In this document: positions 34,582-47,829 of the stretch, piece after piece
Position numbering within the stretch: position 1 is the first letter of the stretch
Layout of the letters: every line of letters starts with the position of its first letter
Assembly (NCBI GenBank): GCA_013265495.1
Contig: MU063896.1
Coordinates: forward strand, 620,001-684,000
Source: Vicugna vicugna
Taxonomy: Eukaryota
Direction of reading: 5' to 3'
DNA: 64,000 nucleotides
Program-made: the position numbers and the translations under genes
Notes under the pieces: generated by a model
Database searches by the model: none
Told to the model about the DNA's origin: nothing
The model's input: only the letters and a program-made list of their open reading frames with translations

Positions 34582-36382
34582 AGCTTAACACTTTTTTAGA
34601 GTGAGACTTCACTGTGGTGCCCGTGGGGTTTCACAGTGATACAAGAGGAGATACTAGAAATTATTTGTTTTAAGGTGTCCAAAAGCTGGCCAATATCCTT
34701 CTCTCCTTGCCTGTATCATCTTGGAAGAGGTTCCATAGAGACTCCCTGCACTGCTGAGTATTTGCCTCCGCATGCATCCCCCTGCGCTGCGCAGACCCAC
34801 AGCCGGCAGCCTGCGTGGCCAGCTGATTCCCCACCGAAATGAGGGCGGCCTCAGGGTTAGGACAGAAAGCCATCGAAGACTTTCTTCCCTGCCCTCAGAG
34901 AGGACATCCCAGCCATTCTCATGATTAAACCCAGTAACTGCTCCCATTAGCTCTGTGACATCTTCCCCGAACCATCGTGGTTGCTGATTAAAGAGAAGCT
35001 GGATTATTTTTCTTAGAAGAAAATTAAAACCACACAGACAGTGAGACGGGGGTGGGGGGGGCTCTCCATGGCAGTGTTCTTGGTGAGAGCCACAGATGGC
35101 TCCACCTGTCTCCACTCTGGTGACATCTGCTGCCCCCCGGTCCCCGAGAAAACAGGATACTGCCCAGTAGATGTGCCTATCTTGGGGGCGCTGCCCCTCT
35201 TGCCCTGCCCTCACCAGCATATATCAACTTCCCCTGAGTGTCAGGCACTATGCTGGGTCCTGAGGGCAAAGCGAGTTGTCCCCAGGCTCCCTCTCCTGCA
35301 GGGAGACTGGCCCGCAGCTCTGAGCATCTCAGGGAGGATTTCAGGCGGTCCTCCCTCTGGAGCTGTTCCATCCTGCAAAGCTGCCGTGCATCTTGCTTTA
35401 TAGACTGCAGAACTGTGGCTCTGCCTCTGAGGCCAACGTCTCTCCTCTGGCTCAGAAGAAATGACCTGTCTATTGGCAGCTCTCCCAGCAAGAGAAAAAG
35501 CCTGTACTTCAAATACAGTTCCTCCCCCCCAAAATAATAAAAATAAGGCGCTACCCTGGTGTTTCCCATCTGTGTGCCTGCCTTTTATGGCCTGGACTCT
35601 TGACTCTCATTAGAGTTGCTGATGAAAAGCTGGTGACTGAGCATAGGAGTGGCTCCAGGATTTCTGTATGGGGGGCCTTTGGGGTGGCATTGTGGTCAAG
35701 GGCAAGGTCCCTGTTTACTGAGCACACTGGCTATTTGAAGGATGCTGATGAAGACTGTGGGAGGGTTAAACTCTCCCATCAACCCCACCAGTCCTTGGCA
35801 GCACCCCAAATTAAGCCTTTGTTCTGTGAATGAAGCCAGCCCTGGGAATCAGGAGAGCTGAGGGCTTGTTCCAGCTCTGATTGGGGGAGGGGAGGCTTGT
35901 ACAATCCCAGAGTTTTTCAGAGACTTAGGATCCTCATCTGTAAATAGACTGGGGTTGGACCACATCATCTCTAAAAATCCTTTGCAGTGAGTCCCTTGAC
36001 CTTGGAGGAAGGAAATGAAATTGCAGATACAGTCTCCAATCCAGAAAAAGCTAATGATGGTGAACATATAGCTGCAGAGGAAAAACTGCATGAAACTGTA
36101 AATGGTGGGAATAAAGTAAAGTTCTTGCTTTCCATCCACCGGCATCTGTCACCACTACTTCTGGCAACAGCCCCTAATTTCCATTTGGGAAGGTCACCAG
36201 GTTCTTCCAGGGATGGAACCCATAAACTAAAAGATACCCTGTGTCTCTCTCTTCTCACCAGCTCTGCCACCACCCCCTTGTCCCAGCCACTGTTGTCTGT
36301 GCCGGTTTCACCCCAGCCCCCCTATACAGGAGCAAGGAGAGCTTTGGTTGTTGCTGTTACCTGTTTTATATGTGTCCTTTAT

Positions 36383-37350
36383 TTTTAAAAATATTCTTTA
36401 CCGAGATATAATTGATGTATAGCATCATGTAAGTTAAGGTGTACATGTTGATTTGATACATTGATATCTTGCACTATGATTATTACAGTAGCCTTACTAA
36501 TACTTTATCGTGTCACCTATTTATCATTTCCTTTTGTGTTGAAAACAGTTAAGATTTACTCTCATAACAGCTTTGAAGTTTATAATACAGTATTGTTGAC
36601 TATAATCATACAGTATTGTTGACTATAATCACTAGGTTGTATATTCAATCTCCAGAACTTATTTATCTACTAGCTGTAAGTTTATACCCTTAAACAACAT
36701 CGCCCCAATTTTTCCACCCCCAGTTTCTGGTAACCATCATTCTACTCTCTGGTTTTATAAGTTCAGTTTTATTTAGGTTTCACATATAAGTAAGTGAAAT
36801 CACATTTTTTTTTGTCTTTTTCTGTCTGACTTATTTCACTGAGCATAAAGCCTTCAAGTTCCGTCCATGTTGTTGCATATGGCAGGACTTCCTTCTTTTT
36901 CTTAGTTGAATAATATTCCATTGTATATATACACTACATTTTCTTTATCCATGCATCCATTGGTGGACATGTTGTTTCCATAGCTTGGCTACTATGAATC
37001 ATGCTGCAATGAACAAGGGAGGACAGCTTCCCCTTCTGGATATTGATTTCAGTGCCCTCAGATACATACCTGGGAGTGGGATTGCTGAATCATATTTTAG
37101 TTCAACNNNNNNNNNNNNNNNNNNNNNNNNNNNNNNNNNNNNNNNNNNNNNNNNNNNNNNNNNNNNNNNNNNNNNNNNNNNNNNNNNNNNNNNNNNNNNN
37201 NNNNNNNNNNNNNNNNNNNNNNNNNNNNNNNNNNNNNNNNNNNNNNNNNNNNNNNNNNNNNNNNNNNNNNNNNNNNNNNNNNGATGTATATCTTCCTGAC
37301 TTAGTAATGTTGAGCAACTTTTCGTGTGCCTGTTGGCCATTTGTACTTGG
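36383..37350 (-). mobile_element. L1MA-type 3' end (contains N gap)
   Basis: gagatataattgatgtatagcatcatgtaagttaaggtgtacatg...tatatacactacattttctttatccatgcatcc...gtgcctgttggccatttgt. Confidence 0.85.
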
Positions 37351-37359
37351 AGAGCTTTT

Positions 37360-37960
37360 TCAAACCTAACTCATGTGATGTCTCTTTCCTTTGAAAAAGA
37401 AATCTCTTTACCACAGTCAGAATAAAAGTCCCTCTCCTTCCCTTGGCCTGCAAGGCCCACATCTCGTGGCTCTGCCCCTTCCCCACCTCCTCTCCCATCG
37501 CTCCCTGCTCGGTCCACACTGCTCTGGCCACACTGGCCTGTGTGGCGCTTCCTTCGTAAGCCTGGCTTACTCTGCCTCAAAGCATTTGCACTTCCTCCCT
37601 CCACCCAGAACATTCTATTCCTAGATGTTCATGCAGCCTGTATTCTCATTTCATTGGGATCTCTACTCAAATGCCACCTCCTAAGAGAGGCCTTCCCTGA
37701 CCATCTTACTTTAAATAGCACTCCACCCCACCTCACATCACTCTCTCCTTCCTCATCTTTGTTTGTTTTTTCTTAATAGCTCTTGTCATTTCCTAATTTT
37801 GTATCATTTTATACAATGTCCTTGTTTGTTTTCTCCCTACTGGTAAGTCCCGAAAGGATGGGGGTCTGATCTGTCTTGTCCCTATTATGTCCCCAGAATA
37901 TACAATAGTGACTGGCACATAGTTGCTGTGCAGTAAACACTAGGTGAGTGAGTGAGTGAG
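37360..37960 (+). mobile_element. L2 3' portion
   Basis: ctcaaatgccacctcctaagagaggccttccctgacc...atagtgactggcacatagttgctgtgcagtaaacac...tgagtgagtgagtg. Confidence 0.75.
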
Positions 37961-37964
37961 CAGT

Positions 37965-38290
37965 GAGGTCAATCCACGCATTCAGTGTCCTGGCCACACT
38001 GCTTGATTCAGGGTGGGCAAGTGACTTAACTGGGTCTAGGCAAAGTGAACCCCCAGACTTTGCCAGGACGACAGACTGCAGGGACACATTCTCCTTTGCT
38101 GCCCTAAGGGTGGTAATGATGTGAGGCTGAGGCCAGAGCTGCCAGATGTATCTGGAACCAGGGCCAACACAGGGGAAACAAGACCAAGGGGCAAAACCTG
38201 GTGGCATCCTTAGGGCCCTGAATGAAGTGACGCCTGAAGCTGGAACTTTCTACGTTCTTTTCAACCAACATGAGCCGGTGAATTTCATAA
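37965..38290 (+). mobile_element. Old MaLR LTR (MLT1J/K-like)
   Basis: ctggccacactgcttgattcagggtgggcaagtgacttaactggg...gccctgaatgaagtgacgcctgaagctgg. Confidence 0.5.
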
Positions 38291-40414
38291 GCAAAGTAGC
38301 TCTGCTTCCCCCACATCCCCCAGACGTCAAAGCAAGGCTCAGGGGAAGAAAAAATGTTGAGTGACCTAGGCAAGGTCACAAGTCAGATTAGGGCTCAGTT
38401 TCAGGTCTTCTGACCGCTGTGTCATGCTGGTGTCCTCCGCACAGCCTCCAAGGGCCCTTCTCTGGGACTGAGGGCGGCTGTGCTAACCCAGCACCCGGCA
38501 GGGTGGGGTCGGCTTGGCCTCAAGGCAGAGCCACCTGCTGTTTGTGTTCTTTCTGTTTATCCCTGGCTTTTCTTCAAAGCACCCCACCTGCTTTTGCAAC
38601 TATTACAAATATCTGCAGCAAGGCTAGAGGAGACTAGTCAGATGATGACCACAGCTGTGCTTCGGCATTAGACACCAACAGACGTCCAGCCGACAGAGCC
38701 TGGATTAGCCACGCGCGCATCTGTGATTGGGCTGGCGAAGTGACACGGCCCTTCACAGCTGTTAAATCCTCGTTGTCCGTCGGCCCCTCCAACAGTGTGA
38801 GATAGGAAGTTCTTATGTTTTAGAGGGGCAAACAGTGGCCTTCGGCCCCCACCGGCTCCTCTCCTGTGAGAGCCGCTGAGGATGCTTTTGCTGGGCTTTT
38901 CCCACGGGCCTGGCCACCTGCCCTAGGGTGAGCTTCATTTCTCAGAGCTGGGCTCACACTGTGTCAATCTCGAGCCCACCTCCTAGGTCTGAGGTCTTTC
39001 TAGCACCTTCCCGCCGACAGCCCAGGGGCTGCTCAGGAAGGAGCCTGCAGGGAAACATCTCAGCCACACTTCCCACGTCTGCCCCGGGCTGCCACGCAGT
39101 GTTGAGTGAGCTTTGTGCTGGAGGTGGTGTCCTGGGCTCCCCTGCAACACCCACAGGCACTCCCTGGGGGTCTCATTCATCCCTGGGAGCTGTCACCATC
39201 CATCCGTGGCAGCATGCACAATAGCCCACCAGGAGCCTCTCCTGGGTCTGGGATAAGGACCTGCTGTGGCTCCCACTCTGCCTCCCAGCCAGGCTGGTGG
39301 GTTTCTCCCCCGCATCAGTCTTCTCTGCCACTCCGACCAGGACATACCTCAGGCTGGACACTCGAAGATCCCGCATCTGAGGGGTGGCCCCCATCTCAAC
39401 ATACGGCCCTACAGGAGTGGGGCTGGGAAACTACCCCGTATGGAGTCCGATTCAGGGAGTAAAGAGGGGAAAGCAATTTTGACTTCCTCAGGCAGTTCCC
39501 AGAAAACTAGAGTCTGGACAGAAAAATGCCCGGTTTTGTCTGTCTTTGGACAGAACCCACTAGGGCTGTACTAAATGGCCATCTGGCTCCAGACCCCTAA
39601 GGGTTGGATGATTCCCATAAATTCATGGTCTTCCAGCAGGGAGGTGCGTCAGAATCAGGGAGGGGAACCTGGGCTCTGCCTGCGGACATCTGTGGTCAAC
39701 AGTCTGGGACAGGATCGATACACGTGTTTCTCCACACCTCTTCTCCCAAAGCCTTGAATTCTGTAGACAGAAAGGAAAGTTCTGAAGATCCAAGGAACCT
39801 GGAGAGGTGATCTCAGCTGACAGGGAAGACGGCCCCCTCCGATAGCAGACCATCAGCTCATGGGTTTCAGCTGAAGATCAGGTGTCACGTGCTGCAGAGC
39901 CGAATGGAGCCAGTGACCAGCACTTTCCCCACTACCTTCATTCTCTCCTTCACTGACATTGACAGGAATCTCCTCCTGATTTGTCCCTAGGACAGCCAAG
40001 TTCTTACTACTGGGGGAACAAAGACAGCTGCCAGTGTCTATGGGGCAACCCATGGCAGGCAGTGGAGACGGTCTACACACACCCAGTGCTTGGCTCACCC
40101 CAGCCAGGACCTCAGTGGGAGGCTGGCAAGTGGAAGCCACCCCAAGCCAGTGGGGCTCCACCCTCCTAAAGAGTTGCCACACTCAATCCCGACAGAGACA
40201 GGGGCAGGATGGATATCCCTGGGGAGAGCCTGGCCATAGTTCAGTAGGAAGCAAGTCATGCATTTGTTGGTGGTAAGGATTACATTTCACCCCGGTCAGC
40301 TGGCTCCAAGCAAGCAGCAGTAATCTCTGCCCTAAAAGGCGGTGTGTGGTAGGCTGTCTCCGCAGCTGGACTGGGAAGTGTGCAGCCACAATGCGGTTTC
40401 TACTGTCAATGATA

Positions 40415-40620
40415 ACAGCTGGCACTTTCTAAGTACTGTTCTAAACACATCCTGTTGTTAACTGACTAATCCCCATTATAGCTTTATCAGGTAGGTACTA
40501 AAGTTACCCTACTTGATAGGTAACTGAGGCACAGAAAGGTTGAGTAACCTGTCTGAGGTCACATGGCAAGTGGGGGGAGGAGCTGGAAAAGGTGCAGTGT
40601 TCTGCCTCCAGAGTTCTCCA
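40415..40620 (-). mobile_element. MIR SINE
   Basis: ggcactttctaagtactgttctaaacac...ggtaactgaggcacagaaaggttgagtaacctgtctgaggtcacatggc. Confidence 0.75.
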
Positions 40621-43244
40621 TAGCTTGGCTCTGAGGATAGGGCACGAAGTGTGTCTGTAATTCTGTCAGGTCCATGTTCAGGGACTCATCTGATCAGAGA
40701 GAGGTGGTGACAAAGGCACCTTCTGCCCAGCAGGATGGTTAGCACTGGTGTAGTCTGGGCACTTGGGGTCAAGGTTTTCATGACTCTTATCTATGTGATG
40801 GGTGACATACACACACCATCAGAGCATTCCTGACAGGTGTGGCTGGTGAGGCAGAGCCAGCCACCCACCATGGACAGCTGAAGGGCTGGGGTACCTCAAG
40901 CTTCTGCTTTCCCCAGACACAAGTTCCAGTATTGGTAAGGAGAAACCAGAACCAAGCTCCAAAAGAGCCAGCTCCACATCCCATCCTAGGCAGCTGAGTG
41001 GTCCTAGGAGACCCACTCACCTCAGGTGGGTGCCTGAAGGGGGCCCCTCTCTGTGCCAGGCTTTGGAGGCACAGAATAGAAGCACAGAACGCAGCCTCAT
41101 ACAACCCTAGCGGGCATTGTCTCTGGGTAATTCACAAGCACGGGCATATGCGAGGGAAAGAAAGGCCACCTGCCCTCTCCTCTTGTGTGTCTGCCTGGGA
41201 GCTCCCTCCCCTGCAGACCCTGAAGAGGGAAATCAGCTGAAAGCACTGTGAGGAGTCCCTGTTCCTACCTACACAGGGCGTGGGCGAGCAGGAGATGCTG
41301 AATGGCTCTGTGGGTGGAGCAGAAGGAGCAGGGCGGCGGAGAGCATGCAGAGACGGGGAGGCTGGTAAGAAAGCTGCCTGGCCCGTGGGTGCTGCACTGT
41401 GGATGTGGGAGAATGGGAACTCAGTGGGAACCAGGGCAAGAAGGACCTGAGATGGAAACAGGTGGATTTGACCAAGGGAACAAGGATTCCAGAACTCGGG
41501 GACAGAACTCCCAGGAAGAGCCCTGTCCTGGGCTGACAGAGCTGTAGTCCCTGTCACTCTGGGGATTTAACTGCTACTCTGCGTGAGACTGGCCCTCTGA
41601 GGCAGACTCCTGGCATTTATTGAGGAAGAAGAAGAAGAGAAAAAGGTGGAGGGCAACATTTGTGAGGCCCAGTGCCAGATGGAGGCTCAAAGGAAAGGCT
41701 CCCAGTCTCAGTACAACTTATACAGTGAGTGAATGTGCAACCAGCTGAGCGTTTTCTCTCTCCTCTCTCATGTGCGCCACCACAAACACACGCCCCCACA
41801 CACACTCACGCCCCACACCAGGGTAGCAGGCCCCATCTTGGAGCTCCATTCTTGGGGCCATGTTCTGGACCTGCGCTCCCACCTCATCCAGGAACTTTAG
41901 AATGGCAGTGACTGTATCCTCTGAGATAAAGTCCAGTGAGGCCTTCTTATTCTAAATCCTGTTCTCCAGTGAATGCTGGCACTGTTGGTTTCTGGCTGAT
42001 GAGCAGAACCACAAAGACAGACAACATCTCAGATGACCACTCAGTGCCTGAGGAAACAGGCAGGTCACCACCTAAATCTCCCCAATAATCGCAGTTGCAT
42101 TTTAGTCATTCTGGAAGGGAGACATGGCTCAATCTCAACCCCAGAGTCACGAGGTTCTTCTCAGGTAGAAATGGTGCATAATTATCATGGTTTGGAACCA
42201 GACTCATAATCTGCTCCTCATTATTTATCGTTATTTAAAGCATCACTTCTTGTTGGAATCGCTTCATTTTAGATTCTATACAATTTCGCTCTCAGATTCT
42301 CTCCCCCATTCACATCACAGTTGCTTTATAGTGGGAGACAGTGAGGCCGTGGCGGGTGTATTTGCAGGGTGAACTCTCTCCTGGGATGTGGGGCAGGCCC
42401 TTAGGGTGTTTGTGAAGAGGAAATGAGAAACAACAATCCAGTTGCACTAGTTCAGTGGTCACGAAAAGGCACACAAGCCTGGAGGTCTCCGTGGCCAGCA
42501 GACCCCATCCTGTACCCTGTGCACCTTTTATCTGTGATTGGGGGTGGAGGAACCCAATGCTTCAGATGAACTTTGTTGTTGCAAACACCCATCTCCTGGA
42601 TCCCTGAGTTGGTGTTGCCCAAAGCTGGGAGGCCTTTGGGGTTTGTCAGTCTTCTTACTCACGTCCTCTGTTCAGTCTTCAGAGTCCTGAGGTGAGGAAG
42701 AAGAGGGCCGCAGTAGCTTCAGAGAGCAGTGCAGCCTCACCAGAGTGCATGGTCCAAGAAGTCCTTGTGAGACTCTTGGGGACAGATGTCACAATGCTCG
42801 GGGCCGAATATCCCCGGAGCCTCAGATTCTCAGCAGTTAATGGAAAATCCCCCCTGGGGAGGATCTGCCCTTGCAGGTTCCACCCAAATTGTTCAAAGAA
42901 GGAAGCCTAATGGCAGACAAGTGTAAACATGTAGTTCAGGGTTCTTCTCAAGCTAGGAATTTATTTAAAGTTATAGGTCTTCCTACTTCTTGCAGATGTT
43001 GCATTCTAGTCTATATTTATTTGTTCAATATAAAAATACTTGAATTATTCACAAGCTAAATTACAACTTTCCCCCATAAGTCTTCTAATTAAATGGACTC
43101 TCCAGGAAAATGCCTGCTCTTGGACTTAGTGCACTAAGAGTGGACCTATTCTCTCCGTTACTATGGGAATTGGAATAATAACACAACTTTCACTACCGTT
43201 CACTGACAGTGGAATTCTGGACAGGACATTGTGCTAAGTGTTTT

Positions 43245-43450
43245 CTTCTTTTCCACTTTTTAAAATCAAGATATAATCCACATGCCATGAATTTCAACCT
43301 TTTTTCAAAGTGTATAATTCCATGGGTTTTAGTAGATTCACGAGGTTGTGCAACCCAAAAAGCCATGCTCTGTGCATCACCCCATGCCCTTTAGCAATCG
43401 CTCTGGATTCCTGTCTCCCCCAGCTCCGGGCAACCCCTTATCTACTTTGG
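43245..43450 (-). mobile_element. L1MB-type 3' tip
   Basis: aagatataatccacatgccatgaatttcaacc...aagtgtataattccatgggttttagtagattcacgaggttgtgcaacc. Confidence 0.75.
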
Positions 43451-45309
43451 CATTCTTTCAGATCATCCTAAACAACAACTTTGTGAAGGATGAGTAAACT
43501 AAGCTTCTGAGAGTTTCAGTATCTGGACCAAGTCCCACGTGTGCCTTGAGTGTCAGAGCCAGGTTTTAAACCCAGGTCTGTCTGACTGCAGTGCGTGTAC
43601 ACGCAGACGCATCCCCTCATTCCCCCCCTCCCCCCGCTGCTCTCATCCCATCCAGGTGCCCCAGTTCAACCCCAACCCATCCAAGGGACCTTGCTCATGC
43701 CCCACCTCCAAGGGACCACACAGCAAGCGCTCTCTACCAGACCCCTGCTAGGGATCAAGCCATCTCTTCTTTGCACAACTTTGGGATGAGGTCTATCCCC
43801 CACTGGCCCAGACGCTGCCGGGCAGGGCTTGTGATGAACGTAGGGACCTTGGCTGAAAGTAAAGATGTGCCAGATGCACGAAGCTGGAGAACAAGGAAGT
43901 GCCAGGAGAGCAAACAGGAGGACCAAGAACCCACCTCAAGTCTTTGGGGGCAATTCATCCTGTTCAGAACCATCCCAGTGGCTTGTCACACACTTAGGAT
44001 ATGGTTGGTAGCCCCTTGTCTTCTATTTGGAGAAAATAAAACCCATGTGGTTCTTTCATGATCAGTAAATGTTTCCAGAACAGCAAATTCAAGGAGAGTA
44101 GGGATGAGAGAGAAAAACTCCTTGGAACCTTACATGTCAGAACAACCTTACAAACAAAATAACTCGGTCATTAGGCTCAACCATCAAAAGAAGCAATTTT
44201 TTCAGGTTGTTGGCTCTCGATGTGAACTGCTCCTTCTGCCAGAGCACAGACAAAAGTTCTTGATGGCCGCGTGGTTTAAGTCGGTTCTTCTGTTTAGTGC
44301 AACAGCAAGCGGGCTTGTCCCACGTGGTACAGCATGTCTTTACCAGTGAGCACCTTCTGCGTCCCCTGAGGCCCCTCTTCCAGCGCTATTGCCAAGGGAA
44401 GCAGAGGAAAATGATGCCTTTCAGCTGTGACCTTTCTGCTGGGAACTCTCTCAGCTGATCAGTTCCCCATACATTTAATGTGATATTTGTGGGGAGAATG
44501 ACCTTCATTAAATGGCAGGGTCAAGTGCACCATTGGAGGAGGGAGCCAAGAGACATCATAAGAGTAACAAGAAGACAGAGAAAGGAGTTAGAACCCCTCT
44601 TCCCTAGAGTGTTGAATAAATCCAGAAAGACTGAAAAATGTCTCTGGGGCAATGACTACAGCTTCCCAACACTGACGGTTGCAGAGTCAAGGGCTCACCA
44701 CCAAGCTCCCGTGTACTCGCTCGGTAAGTAAAAGCAAAGGGTGAAGTGAGGCCTGGCTCCTCGGAACTCACTTTGCTGTGCTCTCGGGAGGAGTCAGTGT
44801 ACTTAATTTTATTCAGCTGGTGTGAAAGGCATAAACGTCAGCAGTTCTGTCTAGAAGCTTCCCACCCATTCTTAAAAAAACAAAACAAAACAAAACAAAA
44901 CCCCCAGGATCCCAAAGTGATTCCTAAGGGCCTTTGTAAAGAGCAATAAATAGAACGAACCACAAAGTGCAGCTGCCAGTGAGCTTTTAGAGTCGGCATT
45001 TGGTTTTCATGTGCCTACAAAAACCCAGACAATCAGAGCATGCTCAGGTAATATCCAAGGAAAAATATTTTTCTTATGGCCTTAAAGATGTCATTGCTTG
45101 GTTATCTTGTCGGTTTCTCCCCAAGACCCTTTGAAATATAGACATAGTTCACATAAGGAAGAAGTGGTATGATAAAAACAAGAGAGCATGTGTTTTGTTT
45201 TGGCGTCAAGAACATCTGTATTTGTGCCCTGGCTCTCTTTTACTAACTAGGTGACCAGGCAAGTTATTAAGGTTTGTTAGCCCGAGTTTCATTTTCTGCA
45301 GGATGGGAT

Positions 45310-45790
45310 TATCAGCTGAGGTTCTTGGGCCACAAGCCACAGAAAGTCTAACTCTTAATGCTCAGACAATGAGGGGCTGAGAGCCTGACATCCCTGAGGA
45401 CCAGAGGAGCCGCAGCGGGTGCCGGCGGGGCCTGCTCCCTCTCTCTGTGTCTGGGCTCTCTGCCCCACTACAGGTCAGCAATAGAGAAACGGCTGCAGAA
45501 GTTCCTGGCCTTTCCTGCCCACAAAGGTTCAGGAGAAAAAGACTCTCTCCTCCAGCAACTCTCAGGAGAAAGTAAATTGATTTCCCAGAAGCCCTCAGCT
45601 AACGTCCTTTTGTTTCCTGTTGGCCCAAAGAAGTCATGTGCCATTTCTTAATTAATTGCTGTGGTGACGAGGGTGTCATACCCTGATTGGCAGAGAGCTG
45701 AGTTCCTCAGCCTATCAATGGCAAATGATTCCTCTTGGATCATATAGGCCCACTTGTAGTGCTAATGCTGGGAGTGGGGCCCACCTCCTG
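45310..45790 (-). mobile_element. Old MaLR LTR (MLT1J/K-like)
   Basis: tatcagctgaggttcttgggccacaagccacagaaag...ttcccagaagccctcagctaacgtccttttgtttcctgttggcccaaagaagtcatgtgcc...ctgattggc. Confidence 0.55.
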
Positions 45791-46234
45791 GGAACGCCAA
45801 GGGCTGGGAGAGAGGGACGGGTGTCGATGCTTAGGTAGGCAGTGTTATGTTAACCATTTCACAGAAGATTGTAAGAACTGAATGAGGTGTGTGAAAGTAC
45901 TCAGCCCCACCCCTGGCACAGAGTGAATCTCAGTAGGAGAGTTTCTCCAGGTGGAAGGTGGGGAAGAATGTCTTGGATGGAGTGAAGCAGAAATGACTCC
46001 CTCACATCTGGAGGCTACAGGTTAGAGAACATGCTTCTAGATTGCTTGAAATTCTATCCCAATATTAGTCCACCACCCACCACCCCTCAAACACAAACAT
46101 TTAGCGTATTTAGAGTTAGGACCATCCTCAGGATGCTTCTAAACTCTGGACTACTTTTCCTGGCTGAAAGACACAATGTGGCTGAGCCTTCCTTTCCTCC
46201 CATTAATTTGCTCTTAGTTAATTGCCATCTTTGT

Positions 46235-46410
46235 AAGTGGTCTCACATTGATGAAATGGTTTTGGTACTGTCCAATACTTTACCCACTGGCCACTTGAAA
46301 TATGGCTAGTACAACTTAGGAGTTGAACTTTCAATTTTAGTTACTTTGCATTTTAATATAAAGAGTCACATGTGGCTAGTGGCTACCATAATGGATAATG
46401 CAGCTCTAGA
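46235..46410. mobile_element. MER3-type hAT-Charlie MITE
   Basis: ctgtccaatac...cacttgaaatatggctagtacaacttaggagttgaac...cacatgtggctagtggctaccataatggataatgcagctctaga. Confidence 0.8.
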
Positions 46411-47303
46411 CTCTAGCTTCCTAAACGCTGAGGCAGAGTTTCTGCTTCCTCTTTGTCTCACCCCAGCCTTCAGTCAAGCCCTCGGAGGGCCCTCCATCAG
46501 TGCCTTTGACCGATAGACTTAAGTGATGCCCCTTGGCACTGAATCATGAATAGGCCTGCCCCCCCCCGCAGCTGTGTGATAGAGTGCAGAAAGTGAAATT
46601 AACCTGGGCATGAGAGTGATGTGCTGCTTGCTCCATTCTCTGCAGCAGTGGCTTGCTTGATTATCTGGGTCATGATCAAGTCTCTTCCTGGCTGGGTTTG
46701 CATGCAGCCCTGTTAATCGTGTAAATAAGAATGGCCCTGGACGGTGAGAGGAGCTGCCCCCTCCTGATCTTCCTGGCACCTGGCCTGCCTTCCAAGTTGA
46801 TGGCCTTTGTCCTGGTCTCCTGCTCACTTGGGCACTTGCTGAGATGATACAGGCTTGAAAAGGGGAGGGGAGAAAAACCTACTGCAGGAGCTGAGCAGAC
46901 TGAATACATTCTTGCTTGACCGCTGAATCACCCCTTCTACCATTGTGTACCTGAAACTCTGGCGCTGACACTCTCTCGGGAGTAACAATAGCCTGGTGAA
47001 CGGGGCCCTTTCTTCTCTAGCTGAGCGTTTCCGTGGGTGCACATTACCTAGCTCTCCTCGAGGGAGAGGCCACAGCTCTTGGTCTGTGATTCTCAAGTAG
47101 ATGCAGTGCCTTTACCCTGGTCCTCATCAAGATGATACCATCTTTAAATTGGATCCAGAGGCATTTAGATTTGGGGGTTTTTCTGCTGGAGTGGGGAGTA
47201 GCTTCTTTATTTAAAAAAAAAAAAAGTCCCCCACTTCTGAACTGATCCCTGAAGCTCAATTTGCAGATGAAATCGCATCTTCTCAGGGTATTTATTACGG
47301 TGT

Positions 47304-47325
47304 GTGCGCCACCTAGAGGCCGCTG
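47304..47325 (-). promoter_or_regulatory. Strong CTCF motif
   Basis: Minus strand CAGCGG-CCTCTAGGTGGCGC-AC matches the CTCF core (CCWSYAGRKGGCRS) at all positions; CpGs retained. Confidence 0.6.
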
Positions 47326-47829
47326 CCTTAAATTCAGCCAGTTCCAGCCACCAACCTGTCCTCTCTTTTCCCTTTCTCATTTTTCTGTGTCAAACAAAAG
47401 ACCTCAGAAAACCTGTCTTTGCTGAGTAAACTCGATTTCGCTTCTGCCTCCTCAGTGTTGCCTCTCTGTGACCCCAGACTCTCCTCTCATGGAGTCCTCG
47501 GCCTAAGGGAGGCCTGGCCGTCTTCCCAGGACTTTCTGGCCTCTGTCAGAAGGAAAGAACTTTTCAGGCTGTCTTGAGACTTCAGAAAGATGCTCAAGAA
47601 AGATGAAAAGATCCTTCCTGCTTATGCCCCAGACCTACACAAGCCGTCTCAGTGCTGGCGGCCATCTGAGCCGCACTCTGGCTGGGTCCTTCTGCGTGGG
47701 ACTTGGTCCCCCAGGACTGAAGATCCAGCCAGCACCCCACATCCCCCTCCTGGGACCACAGCTGTGCCGCACAGCACAGATTACGAGCTGCCCCCAGGGA
47801 TGGACACCACGTTCAGGGAACTGATACCA

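Noticed and set aside
34654-35220. Longest ORF (188 aa, minus) and neighbouring overlapping ORFs
   Set aside because: No recognisable domain; composition rich in Arg/Gly/Pro/Ser/Cys/Trp is typical of chance ORFs in GC-rich non-coding DNA.
35987-36120. Purine-rich, protein-like stretch (EEGNEIADTVSNPEK...) after a cag acceptor
   Set aside because: The acceptor lies in a MIR-like tail, the donor is weak and no homology was recognised.
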